Assembly: GCA_034003585.1 (NCBI GenBank)
Contig: JAVEYH010000002.1
Coordinates: 32,036 to 96,035, forward strand
From: Kiritimatiellia bacterium
GTDB lineage: Bacteria; Verrucomicrobiota; Kiritimatiellia; RFP12; UBA1067
Length of the DNA: 64,000 bases
Reading direction: 5' to 3'
Part shown: in pieces, positions 1 through 8,689 of the stretch
How positions within the stretch are numbered: the first letter of the stretch is position 1
Layout: each line of letters opens with the position of its first letter
Made by a program: the position numbers and the translations under genes
Notes under the pieces: model-generated
What the model was told of the DNA's origin: nothing
Databases searched by the model: none
The model's input: the letters and a program-made list of their open reading frames with translations, nothing else

Positions 1-129
1 AACGGTTTTATCCCATTTCGAAAGATCGCTCCAGTTGCCGGAGACCGCGGATTTCCAGTTGTGCTGATCGGCGCGAACGAGCGTCATCGGCAAAAGACCG
101 GCCAACGTGCAGCACATCAGCTTACGCAT
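1..129 (-). CDS. 5' fragment of a secreted protein that runs off the left edge. It has a signal-peptide-like N-terminus followed by W-x-SGNWSD-x-SKW, resembling the N-terminal region of PATR-type repeat proteins.
   Basis: Own translation of the minus strand from the ATG at 129..127 gives MRKLMCCTLAGLLPMTLVRADQHNWKSAVSGNWSDLSKWDKTV. An AAAGGAG Shine-Dalgarno lies 8 nt upstream on the minus strand. It is absent from the ORF track because fewer than 60 aa fall inside the window. Confidence 0.35.
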   Translation of the reverse strand, partial: MRKLMCCTLAGLLPMTLVRADQHNWKSAVSGNWSDLSKWDKTV

Positions 130-402
130 ACGATCCGCTCCTTTTTCTGTTTCCCGCTTTGTGTTCAGAAACTCCCTGAAACCTGACCCGTCACACCTTC
201 TTCCCAAGTTCAGCCCCACTATACGAGGGGGTCATGAAACCGGTCAATCCCAAAACGGGGCCGAACGGCAATCGGCTGGTGACAGGGGCGGGGTGAAGGT
301 CATGCGTTTGGGGAGAAAAGGCGGACAGGCGAGTCGGGAACCCGATTCCGGGCCTCTTGGCGAAAGCCATTCCCCGAAAGTGCGATCTTTGGTACGGTAT
401 GG

Positions 403-1524
403 ATGTACGAATGTGACGAGGTTCCCCGTTGTCCCATGACCGTGACCCTTCCAGAAGAGTGCCTGCGCGATCCGGTGTCCGGCATCTGGCGGTCTTGTCT
501 GCCGGCTGTCGCGCGCCTCTCCCCAGCGGACACGCTGACGCTGGATGCGGATGGTGTGATACGGTGCGACGGGGCCGGCGAAGCGCTGATTCTGGAACTC
601 CACCGCCGCGCCGCGAGTCAGGGGTTCACGATCCGGTGCCGGGATGCGCGGGGCGTTGTGGCCCGTACGCTCGAACGGTTCCGCGTCGAGCGTTTCGGGC
701 CCGCCCTTGCGGCGGCCCATCCGGCGCGCCGCACGCGACTGTGCGAACAGCTCGGGCGCGCGTGCGCGCAACTCGTCACCGAAATCCGCGACCAGACCGC
801 GTTCTTGGGTGAGGCCACGGTCTCCACCCTCGCCCTGCCGCGGCACGCCGGCCGGTTCCGTTTGCGGGACGCCCTGCTTCATTTCGAGCGCGCGGGGATC
901 GATGCGCTGCCCATCGTGCTGCTGATCGGTTTTCTGCTGGGACTGATCCTGGCCTTCATGTCCGCCACCTCCTTCCGGCAATTCGGCGTGGAGGTTTATG
1001 TCGCCGATCTGATCGCGATCGGTCTTTTCCGGGAGTTGGGCCCGCTCCTCACCGCGATTCTTCTCGCCGGCCGCTCGGGGTCCGCGTTCGCCGCCGAAAT
1101 CGGCACCATGAAGGTCAACGAGGAGATCGACGCGCTGGTGACCTTGGGCCTGCGGCCGGTCACCTTTCTGGCGCTGCCGCGCATCACCGCCGCCACGCTG
1201 GTGATGCCGGTCCTCAGCACCTTTTCCGTTCTCGCAGGGCTTTTGGGCGGTGTTCTGGTGATGGTCCCGCTCGGCGTCCCGTCCCTCGTCTATTGGCAGC
1301 ATGTGATGCGGTCGGCGTCCCTGAACAACGTCCTGTTCGGCCTCGTCAAAGCGGCGGTCTTCGGGCTACTGGTCGGACTCGTGGGCTGTGCCCAAGGGTT
1401 GCAGACCCGGCGCGCCGCGGACGGGGTTGGCCGCGCGGCGACCGCGGCGGTGGTGGGCGGCCTGGTGCTGATCACGGTGGCGGACGGCCTGTTCGCCGTG
1501 CTCGCGCATCTGATCGGAGTGTAA
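403..1524 (+). CDS. mlaE: MlaE-family ABC permease (lipid asymmetry/MCE system) with an N-terminal STAS (MlaB-like) domain fused.
   Basis: The track ORF is 373 aa. The C-terminal ~260 aa have multi-TM MlaE/Ttg2B-like sequence (LLIGFLLGLILAFMSATSF...EIDALVTLGLRP). The N-terminal ~100 aa (TLTLDADGVIRCDGAGEALILELHRRAASQGFTIRC) look like an anti-sigma-antagonist/STAS fold. The ATG at 403 was verified in the sequence. Confidence 0.75.
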   Translation: MYECDEVPRCPMTVTLPEECLRDPVSGIWRSCLPAVARLSPADTLTLDADGVIRCDGAGEALILELHRRAASQGFTIRCRDARGVVARTLERFRVERFGPALAAAHPARRTRLCEQLGRACAQLVTEIRDQTAFLGEATVSTLALPRHAGRFRLRDALLHFERAGIDALPIVLLIGFLLGLILAFMSATSFRQFGVEVYVADLIAIGLFRELGPLLTAILLAGRSGSAFAAEIGTMKVNEEIDALVTLGLRPVTFLALPRITAATLVMPVLSTFSVLAGLLGGVLVMVPLGVPSLVYWQHVMRSASLNNVLFGLVKAAVFGLLVGLVGCAQGLQTRRAADGVGRAATAAVVGGLVLITVADGLFAVLAHLIGV

Positions 1525-1525
1525 T

Positions 1526-2311
1526 ATGACCGAATCCCCCGTCATCGAAATCGAACAGGTGTGTGCCGGATACGACACCACCCTGCTCGACGAGGTCTCG
1601 TTCCGGATTAACCGGGGCGAGGTGTTCACCATCCTCGGCGGATCGGGGTGCGGCAAAAGCACCCTGCTGAAACACATCATCGGCCTGATCCCGCCGCTGG
1701 GCGGCACCATCCGGCTGATGGGCGACCGGCTGTTCGGCGGCCCGGAGGCGGAACGCGAACGGGCCATGCGCCGATTCGGCGTGACGTATCAGAGCGGTGC
1801 CCTGTTCGGGTCGATGACGCTCTTGGAAAACGTCTGCCTGCCACTCGAATCCTTCACCGCGTTGCCGCGCGGGGCGCGGCATCTCCTGGCGGAAATGAAA
1901 CTCGACCTGGTCGGGCTCAAGGCGTTTGCGGATTTTTTTCCGGGGGATCTCAGCGGCGGCATGAAAAAACGCGCCGCGATCGCACGGGCCATGGCGCTGG
2001 ATCCGGAGATCCTGTTTTTGGACGAGCCGTCCGCCGGCTTGGATCCGGTCACCTCCGCCGAACTCGACCGGCTGATTCTGCAGTTGCGTGACACGCAAGG
2101 CGTAACCGTGGTGATGGTCACACATGAACTCGCCAGCATCCACGGGGTGGCGGACCGTTGCGTGATGCTGGACAAGGCCACCCGCGGCGTGATCGCCGAA
2201 GGCCCGCCCGCCGCGCTCCGCGACCGGCCGCCGAACGCCGCCGTGCGCGCGTTCTTCCACCGGGAGGGCAACCGGCCCGTGCCTCCCGTTTCACACGAGG
2301 TGTCCCCATGA
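1526..2311 (+). CDS. mlaF: ABC transporter ATP-binding protein, MlaF-like.
   Basis: Walker A GGSGCGKST, ABC signature LSGGMKKR and Walker B ILFLDEPSAGLD are present. It lies 2 nt after mlaE, and its stop TGA at 2309..2311 overlaps the next start. Confidence 0.9.
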   Translation: MTESPVIEIEQVCAGYDTTLLDEVSFRINRGEVFTILGGSGCGKSTLLKHIIGLIPPLGGTIRLMGDRLFGGPEAERERAMRRFGVTYQSGALFGSMTLLENVCLPLESFTALPRGARHLLAEMKLDLVGLKAFADFFPGDLSGGMKKRAAIARAMALDPEILFLDEPSAGLDPVTSAELDRLILQLRDTQGVTVVMVTHELASIHGVADRCVMLDKATRGVIAEGPPAALRDRPPNAAVRAFFHREGNRPVPPVSHEVSP

Positions 2312-3420
2312 ATGAGAACAAGGCCAATTACGCGAAGATCGGTTTTTTCGTGCTCGCCGGCGTGGCGCTGCTGGTCATTGTGATCGCGATCGCCGGGTCG
2401 CGCCGCCTGACGCAACAGGCCATTCTGGCGGAGACCTTCTTCTCCGAGTCCGTCACCGGTTTGGACATCGGTTCCGCGGTGAAATACCGCGGCGTGCCCG
2501 TCGGCGAAGTCAAACGGATCGGTTTCGTGTACAGCGCGTACCGGGAACAGGCGCGCGAAGAGCTGACGCCCGCCATGGCCAGACAGATCCGGGTAGTCAT
2601 GGCGTTGGATCCGGAGCGCTTCGGCCTGCTGGGAACCGAGCGGGCCGACACGGTCCTGAACCAACTGGTCGCACAGGGGCTGCGGGTGAAAATCGCCAGT
2701 TCCGGCATGACGGGCCTCGCCTTTCTGGAAATGGATTACTTCCGGGAGCAGCCGGGCGAACCGGTTCTGGCTGAACAACCGTGGAAAACCCACCACCCCT
2801 TCATCCCCGCAGTCGCCAGCACCATGACGGCCCTCAAAAAAGCGGTGGATGACGTATTCGTCAAACTGAGCGCGATTGACCTTCAGGCCCTGGGCGATGA
2901 GTTCCTCGCCACACTCTACCTGTTGCAGCATGCGCTCGCCCGCACAGATGTGGCCGCGCTGGCGGACGAAACCACGGCACTGGTGAAGGATCTGCGCGCG
3001 ACCACCCTTTCCCTGAAACGCCTGCTGGATTCGCCGGAACTCGACCGCCTCCCGCCCGCCCTCGCCGCGGCCGCCGACAGCGCGCGCCGTTCCGCCGAAC
3101 GGATCGAAGCGCGAATCGAGCCCGTGACCGTTTCGGTCACCAACCTGACCGGCCGCGCCGCCTGCCTGGCGGATCAGGCGAACAGCCTCCTCACGCGGCA
3201 CGGCGCACAGATCGGCATGACGGTAGAGGCCCTGGCCCGGACCGCCCAAACCCTGGACCAAACCGCCGCGACACAGCAGGGGGATCTCGTCGCCTTGCTG
3301 CACGATCTGCGGCGCGCGGCCAACGGGCTGGAACGGATCATCAGCAACCTGACCTCCGCCCCCTCCGCCCTGCTCTTCGGCCGCCCGCCCGCACCGCTGC
3401 CGGAAACCCGCGAACCCTGA
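2308..3420 (+). CDS. mlaD: MCE/MlaD-family periplasmic substrate-binding component with a long C-terminal helical extension.
   Basis: The internal ATG at 2308 (MNENKANYAKIGFFVLAGVALLVIVIAIAG, an N-terminal TM anchor) overlaps the mlaF stop in an ATGA arrangement. The MCE-domain-like segment is VKYRGVPVGEVKRIGF. The 5' part of track ORF 2158..3420 was rejected as an extension. Confidence 0.75.
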   Translation: MNENKANYAKIGFFVLAGVALLVIVIAIAGSRRLTQQAILAETFFSESVTGLDIGSAVKYRGVPVGEVKRIGFVYSAYREQAREELTPAMARQIRVVMALDPERFGLLGTERADTVLNQLVAQGLRVKIASSGMTGLAFLEMDYFREQPGEPVLAEQPWKTHHPFIPAVASTMTALKKAVDDVFVKLSAIDLQALGDEFLATLYLLQHALARTDVAALADETTALVKDLRATTLSLKRLLDSPELDRLPPALAAAADSARRSAERIEARIEPVTVSVTNLTGRAACLADQANSLLTRHGAQIGMTVEALARTAQTLDQTAATQQGDLVALLHDLRRAANGLERIISNLTSAPSALLFGRPPAPLPETREP

Positions 3421-3443
3421 ACACCCTCACACCGGAGAATTCC

Positions 3444-4076
3444 ATGAACTGGACAACCCTGCTCTGCATGCCGTTCCTCGTCCTGGCCGGGTCAGGCTGC
3501 CTCGGCGGCGCGCGCGCGCACCGGCTCGCCGATCGCCAGAAACGATCGTTTCTCCCGGAGGCGTCGGCCGCCCAACCTCTGGCGCCCGCCCCCCGTTTCG
3601 GCGCCGCCACGCTGCGTTCCCTGCGGATCCAGCCGCCGTTCGACGCGCGCACCTTCCTGATCCGGCGCGGCCAAAACGAGTTCGCCGCCGATTTTTATAA
3701 CGGCTGGATCGCCCCTCCCGCAGACCTGATCCGCGGTCAAACCGCCCGGTATCTGCGCGAAACCGGCCTGTTCGAGACCGTGTTCGATCTTCCCGGCGGC
3801 ACACGGGCCCCGTTGGGTCTGGAGTGTATCGTGAACGACCTGTACCTCGACCACTCCGGACCGGAACCCGCCGCGGTTGTGGCGATGCGGGTTCTGGTTC
3901 TTGATGAGCGCACCCCGAATGGTTCCGTGCTGTTCACCTGCGAGAAGCGGGCGCGCGTTCCGCTGACCTCTTCCGACGCGGGCACCGCAGCGGAGGCGCT
4001 CGGCCGTGCCCTGACGCAGACGTTGGAGGCTTTGACCCGGACACTGGCCGCCGCGCCGCTCGGCGGGGTCCGCTAG
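3444..4076 (+). CDS. Lipoprotein, probably the ABC-type transport auxiliary component (PqiC/YmbA-like) that commonly follows MCE genes.
   Basis: It is 210 aa with the lipobox LAGSGC after a signal peptide. Its size and position directly downstream of mlaD fit the family. The family assignment is from memory, not a search. Confidence 0.45.
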   Translation: MNWTTLLCMPFLVLAGSGCLGGARAHRLADRQKRSFLPEASAAQPLAPAPRFGAATLRSLRIQPPFDARTFLIRRGQNEFAADFYNGWIAPPADLIRGQTARYLRETGLFETVFDLPGGTRAPLGLECIVNDLYLDHSGPEPAAVVAMRVLVLDERTPNGSVLFTCEKRARVPLTSSDAGTAAEALGRALTQTLEALTRTLAAAPLGGVR

Positions 4077-4202
4077 GGCCTTACGAACCGGCACCCTCCA
4101 AATGCGGGTTGTTTCTCACACGAAGCCGCGAAGAGAGATGTGGCCTTTGTGCCCCTGTGGGAGGGGAAAGGGGATTGCGGGCTGTGCCGGCATGGGGACG
4201 GC

Positions 4203-5693
4203 TCAGTGGATCTCGTCCGTGACCGGCGGAATGTAATCGAGCCCCTCCCGGCGCTCGATCATGCGGATCGTTTTCCACACGCCCGTCCGCCACCGCCACC
4301 AGAACCCGGAGGCCAGGACCGAAACGTAGACGGCCAGCCATACCCACAACCCCAGGATGCCGGAGCCGAAGCGCAACAACACCAGCGAACCGGGAACCAG
4401 AAACAGCCAACTCCCGATAATCATGTAAACCATCACGAAATAGGTATCCCCCGCGCCTTTCAGCGCGCCGCTTAAGATGATCGACACGGTGTCGAGCAGA
4501 CCCCAGGCGGTCATGAGGCACAGCATGACACGCCCGGTTTTCAGCAGTTCCCCGGCGGAGAACGCCGCGTCGGGAGGACGGAAAAGCTCGAAATACCCGC
4601 GGGGAAAGAGCACAAAGGTCGCGCCGATCACGCACATGTAGGCGAGACCCATCTTGAGGCCGGTATACCCTGAGCGCTCCGCCGCGTCCGGCCGGCCGGC
4701 CCCCTGATGCTGGCCCACCAGCGTGGAGGCGGCCAACCCGAACCCCAGCAACGGGGCGAAAGCCAGATTATTGATGCTGAACGCGATGTTACTGGCCGCC
4801 AACGCCACCTCGCCCAGCCGTCCCGTCAGCATGATGAAGACGGCGAACGACCCGATATCCATCAGCAACTGCAGGCCCGAGGGTGTCCCGTACCGCACGA
4901 TGCGCCTCAACATCCGGTAATCCGGACGCCAGACGCCGGGGAACAGAGTCCCCGTGGAGGGGTCCGGGAACGGAAAAATCCGCCCGTCCCCCCTGCGGGA
5001 CTGACAGGCCCGGTAAAACGGGACGCCTTGCAGGAGGCAGGTGACCGCACCGGAGATCAGCGTCGCATACGCCGCGCCCGCGATGCCGAGTTCCGGGAAC
5101 CCCCATCTCCCGAAGATCATGGCGTAATTGAGCGCGATGTTCAGAGAACAGCCGCTGGCGTTCGCGATCATGTTCACGCGCGTTTTGCCGATACCCATGA
5201 AATACCCGCCCACAGCGGCGTTCAGCGGAACGGTCACCCCTCCCGCCATGAGAATCAGGAAGTACGTTTTCTCGGCCGCCAGCACCTCGGGCGCATGACC
5301 GCTGAGAGCCATGATGCCGTACCCGAGCGGAATCTGCAGCAGGATCAGGGGCCAGGAACCGAGCGCCAGCCAGATGCCCTGGATCGTGGCGCGCACACAT
5401 TGGACCGGGTCTTCCGCGCCATGGTAATGGGCGGTGAAGGTGCCGGCATATCCCGCGAGCGCCTGAAAGAAACAGATCAGCGTGTGCGCGAGAATGCCCG
5501 CCGGCAAGGCCGCCTGAATCGTCACGCTGCTGTAACGCGCCAAAAAAACACGGTCGCAAAACTGCATGACGGTGTACGACGCCATGCTGAGGATGAGCGG
5601 CATGGCGATCCGCCACATCTCCCGGTACCCGCCCGGCAACACCGCGCCACGCTCTCCCCCTCCGCCCACATGCCCCCCTCCCCGGGACCCCAT
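4203..5693 (-). CDS. MATE-family multidrug/oligosaccharide efflux transporter.
   Basis: The track ORF is 4203..5738. About 12 TM segments are present, and the N-terminal region MWRIAMPLILSMASYTVMQFCDRVFLARYS is typical of NorM/DinF MATE proteins. The start is uncertain: GTG at 5738, ATG at 5693 or ATG at 5618. Confidence 0.75.
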   Translation of the reverse strand: MGSRGGGHVGGGGERGAVLPGGYREMWRIAMPLILSMASYTVMQFCDRVFLARYSSVTIQAALPAGILAHTLICFFQALAGYAGTFTAHYHGAEDPVQCVRATIQGIWLALGSWPLILLQIPLGYGIMALSGHAPEVLAAEKTYFLILMAGGVTVPLNAAVGGYFMGIGKTRVNMIANASGCSLNIALNYAMIFGRWGFPELGIAGAAYATLISGAVTCLLQGVPFYRACQSRRGDGRIFPFPDPSTGTLFPGVWRPDYRMLRRIVRYGTPSGLQLLMDIGSFAVFIMLTGRLGEVALAASNIAFSINNLAFAPLLGFGLAASTLVGQHQGAGRPDAAERSGYTGLKMGLAYMCVIGATFVLFPRGYFELFRPPDAAFSAGELLKTGRVMLCLMTAWGLLDTVSIILSGALKGAGDTYFVMVYMIIGSWLFLVPGSLVLLRFGSGILGLWVWLAVYVSVLASGFWWRWRTGVWKTIRMIERREGLDYIPPVTDEIH

Positions 5694-5804
5694 CCGTTTG
5701 GCCCCGGACGTCTCCCCCTGACAGGGCCGGACCGACACCCCGGGGGGCGCGGGGCGCTCCCCGCACCTTCCGGTCCGCCGGCCCCGGCCTGCGGTCCGCG
5801 CGGT

Positions 5805-6830
5805 CTACAACAGCTCGTTGACCCGCGTCATCACTTCAAACGCATCCGCCACATAGACCACATCCGCCTTGCCTTGCGCCCATCCGCAGTTCGGATCGAG
5901 GTTGACAGCCCGGCGTTCGTTAATGAACCGCCAGCCCACCGCATGCGGCTCTTCGCCGTGACAGCAGGTCGCCAACCCTTTCGGATGCCGCGGCGTGGAC
6001 CCAGTCTGCCCGACCTGATTCATGTGCGACATGAAACGCAGCGTTTCCTGGCCCTCACTTTGGATGTCCACCAGCGATTTGCTGCTGCCGAGCGAAGCCT
6101 GCGTCTTCCGCAGAAACGTCTGAATCAACTCGCCGGCCTGCGCGATGTGCGGCTGGCCGTCCTTCTGCTTTTTCGTCCACCCGGCACCCGCCACAAACAG
6201 CAGCGGGGCGTCGGGCCGGATCGTCTGCGCGTCCGCCGCGGGGGAACGGACCCCCGTCACCGTCGTACGCTGCTCGTCATCCGCAAACGCGACCTCCACC
6301 GCCTGCGCCGACGCGCTCCCGGGAGCACCCTCCCACGGCGCATTGACCCCGCCATCCACCACCAGCAGCCACGGCCGCGCCGCCCGGCTGAACGAACCCA
6401 GAATCCGCTGACGGTAAAACCAGCGCTGCACGCGCACCGAGCCGTCCGGCTCCGCCTGCTGCGCGACGATGTGGGTGTCGATCGCGGCACCCAGACGGTA
6501 TGACGCGCCCGGCAGGCACCGCATCCACCGCGAACTCCCCGGCGCCACCACGATCTGCGCGCCCGAGGCCCGGACCAGCGCCGTGACCGCCGCGACATCC
6601 GTGGCATACCGCGGCTGGCGCACCGCCTCGCCGCCGACCACCCAGAACGAAGCGGCGCCGCACCCCGCCACCGCATCGGCCGCCGCCGACGCACCGTTCC
6701 CGATCACACCGACCGACAGCACCGCCCCGGACTGCGAGGCGAGCTGGCCCGCGGCCGTCAAGGCCTCCCGCGCCGCTTTGGGCAGGCTGCCGTCCTCTTG
6801 CGTGTGCATCAGCGCCAAAACCGTTGTCAT
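5805..6830 (-). CDS. etfA: Electron transfer flavoprotein alpha subunit.
   Basis: The track ORF 5805..7106 was trimmed to the ATG at 6830 (MTTVLALMHTQEDGS). GGGAGGA lies upstream on the minus strand. The C-terminal FAD-binding region (HMNQVGQTGSTPRHPKGLATCCHGEEPHAVGW...NLDPNCGWAQGKADVVYVADAFEVMTRVNELL) is EtfA-like. Confidence 0.8.
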   Translation of the reverse strand: MTTVLALMHTQEDGSLPKAAREALTAAGQLASQSGAVLSVGVIGNGASAAADAVAGCGAASFWVVGGEAVRQPRYATDVAAVTALVRASGAQIVVAPGSSRWMRCLPGASYRLGAAIDTHIVAQQAEPDGSVRVQRWFYRQRILGSFSRAARPWLLVVDGGVNAPWEGAPGSASAQAVEVAFADDEQRTTVTGVRSPAADAQTIRPDAPLLFVAGAGWTKKQKDGQPHIAQAGELIQTFLRKTQASLGSSKSLVDIQSEGQETLRFMSHMNQVGQTGSTPRHPKGLATCCHGEEPHAVGWRFINERRAVNLDPNCGWAQGKADVVYVADAFEVMTRVNELL

Positions 6831-6850
6831 TTCCGATCCTCCCTGTTCCG

Positions 6851-7660
6851 CTACGCTTTGATCCATTCCACAATCTCGCGGGCGATCTCCTCCGCCGTCG
6901 CATCCTTCACAATCCTCGTCTGCCGTTTTTGCGACGGGAGTTCGACACTCCCGTACGCCATCCCGCCCACGCTCGCCGCCGCAGGCTTGGCCTTCTGGAG
7001 CGCGGGCATCACCGCGCGCATGTTGGCCATGCCGATCTGAGGATTGTTCGGCGGTTCCGGCAGGTTGCCGGTCGCCCAAGCCAGAACCGCCGGCGCCCCC
7101 GCGCAAACCGAGGCCTGATATTGGCCGCCCTCAATCCGCTCCAACACCTCAAACCCGCCTTCGGGGCGCACGGTCAGCACATCGACGCCGACAAACTGAT
7201 CGCGGATGCCCAGCCGCTCGCCCACCACCTGCAGCGTCACACTCGCGTCACGGGAGGCCGACGCGCACCCGCCGAAAACCAGCAGACGGGATTTATCCAG
7301 ACCGGGAATCGCCTCAATGGCGCCGGCCAGCGCCTCCGCCACACCCAGCGCATCCGTGAACCCGCTGGCGCTGCCGTCCAACGCGATCAGCTCAAACGGC
7401 ACCTTCTGCGCCACGGTCATCATCAGTTGCTGTAATTTGGCCTTGGGCCCCAGGCTCACCAGCCAGACCTTGCTGCCGGGAACCCGCTTCGCCAGATCCG
7501 CCGCCTCATACAGCGCATGCGCCGCCCACGGGTCCAGAACCGAAGGCAACATCGTTTCGTTTTTCAACCCGGGACCCTGCGGGGTGGAAACCGGTTCGAG
7601 CGTCTGGAGCGGATCAGGCACCAGACTGCCGCATACGACAAGTTGAAATCCGTCTGTCAT
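6851..7660 (-). CDS. etfB: Electron transfer flavoprotein beta subunit.
   Basis: It is 269 aa and begins MTDGFQLVVCGSLVPDP, a typical EtfB N-terminus. It lies directly upstream of etfA in the same orientation. The ATG at 7660 was verified. Confidence 0.85.
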   Translation of the reverse strand: MTDGFQLVVCGSLVPDPLQTLEPVSTPQGPGLKNETMLPSVLDPWAAHALYEAADLAKRVPGSKVWLVSLGPKAKLQQLMMTVAQKVPFELIALDGSASGFTDALGVAEALAGAIEAIPGLDKSRLLVFGGCASASRDASVTLQVVGERLGIRDQFVGVDVLTVRPEGGFEVLERIEGGQYQASVCAGAPAVLAWATGNLPEPPNNPQIGMANMRAVMPALQKAKPAAASVGGMAYGSVELPSQKRQTRIVKDATAEEIAREIVEWIKA

Positions 7661-7718
7661 CGTTCTCTCCTTTGGCGCACACTATAGCAAAGGACCCTCG
7701 CCGGGTGGAATGCCCTTT

Positions 7719-7776
7719 TTCGCCCGTGCCGCACCGCCGGGCGGTAAATTCGGCTCTTGCCTCCGGTCCGCGGGAA
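7719..7776 (+). promoter_or_regulatory. Candidate sigma70-type promoter for tRNA-Val: TTGCCT, an 18-nt spacer, then CATAAT.
   Basis: The hexamers were read by eye in cttgcctccggtccgcgggaaacggcataatgcgc, about 25 nt upstream of the tRNA. Confidence 0.25.
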
Positions 7777-7799
7777 ACGGCATAATGCGCACGGTTTTC

Positions 7800-7876
7800 G
7801 GGCGGTTATCTCAGTCGGTTAGAGAACCTGGTTTACACCCAGGGTGTCGGGGGTTCGAGTCCCTCACCGCCCACCA
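7800..7876 (+). tRNA. tRNA-Val (anticodon TAC).
   Basis: The sequence GGGCGGTTATCTCAGTCGGTTAGAGAACCTGGTTTACACCCAGGGTGTCGGGGGTTCGAGTCCCTCACCGCCCACCA folds by hand into a cloverleaf. It has a 7-bp acceptor stem (GGGCGGT/ACCGCCC), the anticodon loop TTTACAC, a GGTTCGAGTCC T-arm and an encoded CCA. Confidence 0.85.
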
Positions 7877-7923
7877 TCCGCGCGCCGCGTTGCGGGTTGC
7901 GGACCTCACCCGTCGCGTTCCGG

Positions 7924-8337
7924 TCACGGCAGCCGCGCACCGGTGGTCCCTGCCGCAACGGACACGTGTTTCAGCCCCTTGACGGCTTTCAGTCGCGCGA
8001 CCAGACGATCAATCACGGCCGACCGGCCGCGGACCGCGATGATCTCCAAGCAGTTGTCGTGATCCAGATGCACGTGCTGCGTCGAGATGATCGCCGCATG
8101 GCAGTCATGCTGCGCCTCGGTGAGTTTTTCAACCACGTTGCGCGTGTGGTGATCATACACGAGCACCACGGCTCCGGCCACCTCCTCGCCGGCACGCCAC
8201 TCGGTCTCCACCAGATTGGCGCGGATCAGGTCCCCGACGGCCTTGGAACGCGTGGGGCAGCGGTCGTTCCGGATTTTCGCGTCGAATTGCCGCAACAACC
8301 CCTCTTCCAACGAAACGCTGAAACGCATGAGTCCCAT
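7924..8337 (-). CDS. nikR: Nickel-responsive transcriptional regulator NikR (ribbon-helix-helix plus a C-terminal metal-binding domain).
   Basis: The track ORF 7924..8598 was trimmed to the ATG at 8337 (MGLMRFSVSLEEGLLRQFD...), which has GAGAGGAAG upstream. The C-terminal AGAVVLVYDHHTRNVVEKLTEAQHDCHAAIISTQHVHLDHDNCLEIIAVRG aligns with the E. coli NikR high-affinity Ni site (STQHHHHD...HVHINHDDCLEI). Confidence 0.8.
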   Translation of the reverse strand: MGLMRFSVSLEEGLLRQFDAKIRNDRCPTRSKAVGDLIRANLVETEWRAGEEVAGAVVLVYDHHTRNVVEKLTEAQHDCHAAIISTQHVHLDHDNCLEIIAVRGRSAVIDRLVARLKAVKGLKHVSVAAGTTGARLP

Positions 8338-8603
8338 TCGCACTTCCTCTCTGCCGGAATACCGTACCATCTCCGCCAACCGGTGGCAATCCTTCCAGCC
8401 GTTTTCCTTGGGGTCGGGCGCCTCCCGTTCCGTTAGCTCCGCCCGGTTCCCCGTGTATGGGAACGTGTGCCGCTTCGCTGTGAACGGGTACGGTCTCGCG
8501 GCCATCCATGCCGGCACTTTCCATGATGACGGAACCATCGGCGTCGGGGTCGGTATCGGGAGCGCCGTCCCCGGATGGGCAGGCACCGTCCTTGGCATTG
8601 TTT

Positions 8604-8632
8604 TTGCAATCCCGCCGCGCGTTTATTATACT
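8604..8632 (+). promoter_or_regulatory. Candidate sigma70 promoter for the downstream operon: TTGCAA, a 17-nt spacer, then TATACT.
   Basis: It sits in a locally AT-rich stretch (ttgcaatcccgccgcgcgtttattatact) within the 352-nt nikR/CoADR intergenic region, about 55 nt upstream of the GTG start at 8690. Confidence 0.3.
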
Positions 8633-8689
8633 TTCATTAACCAAACCAACTATGGGCGTGATGCGCGAAGGACCGGAAAGGAAACGGCT

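Noticed and set aside
8216-8689. N-terminal 158 codons of track ORF 8216..10417 (MARIRSPTALERV...)
   Set aside because: It overlaps nikR on the opposite strand and the intergenic promoter. The recognisable CoADR sequence begins at the GTG at 8690, which has a purine-rich RBS.
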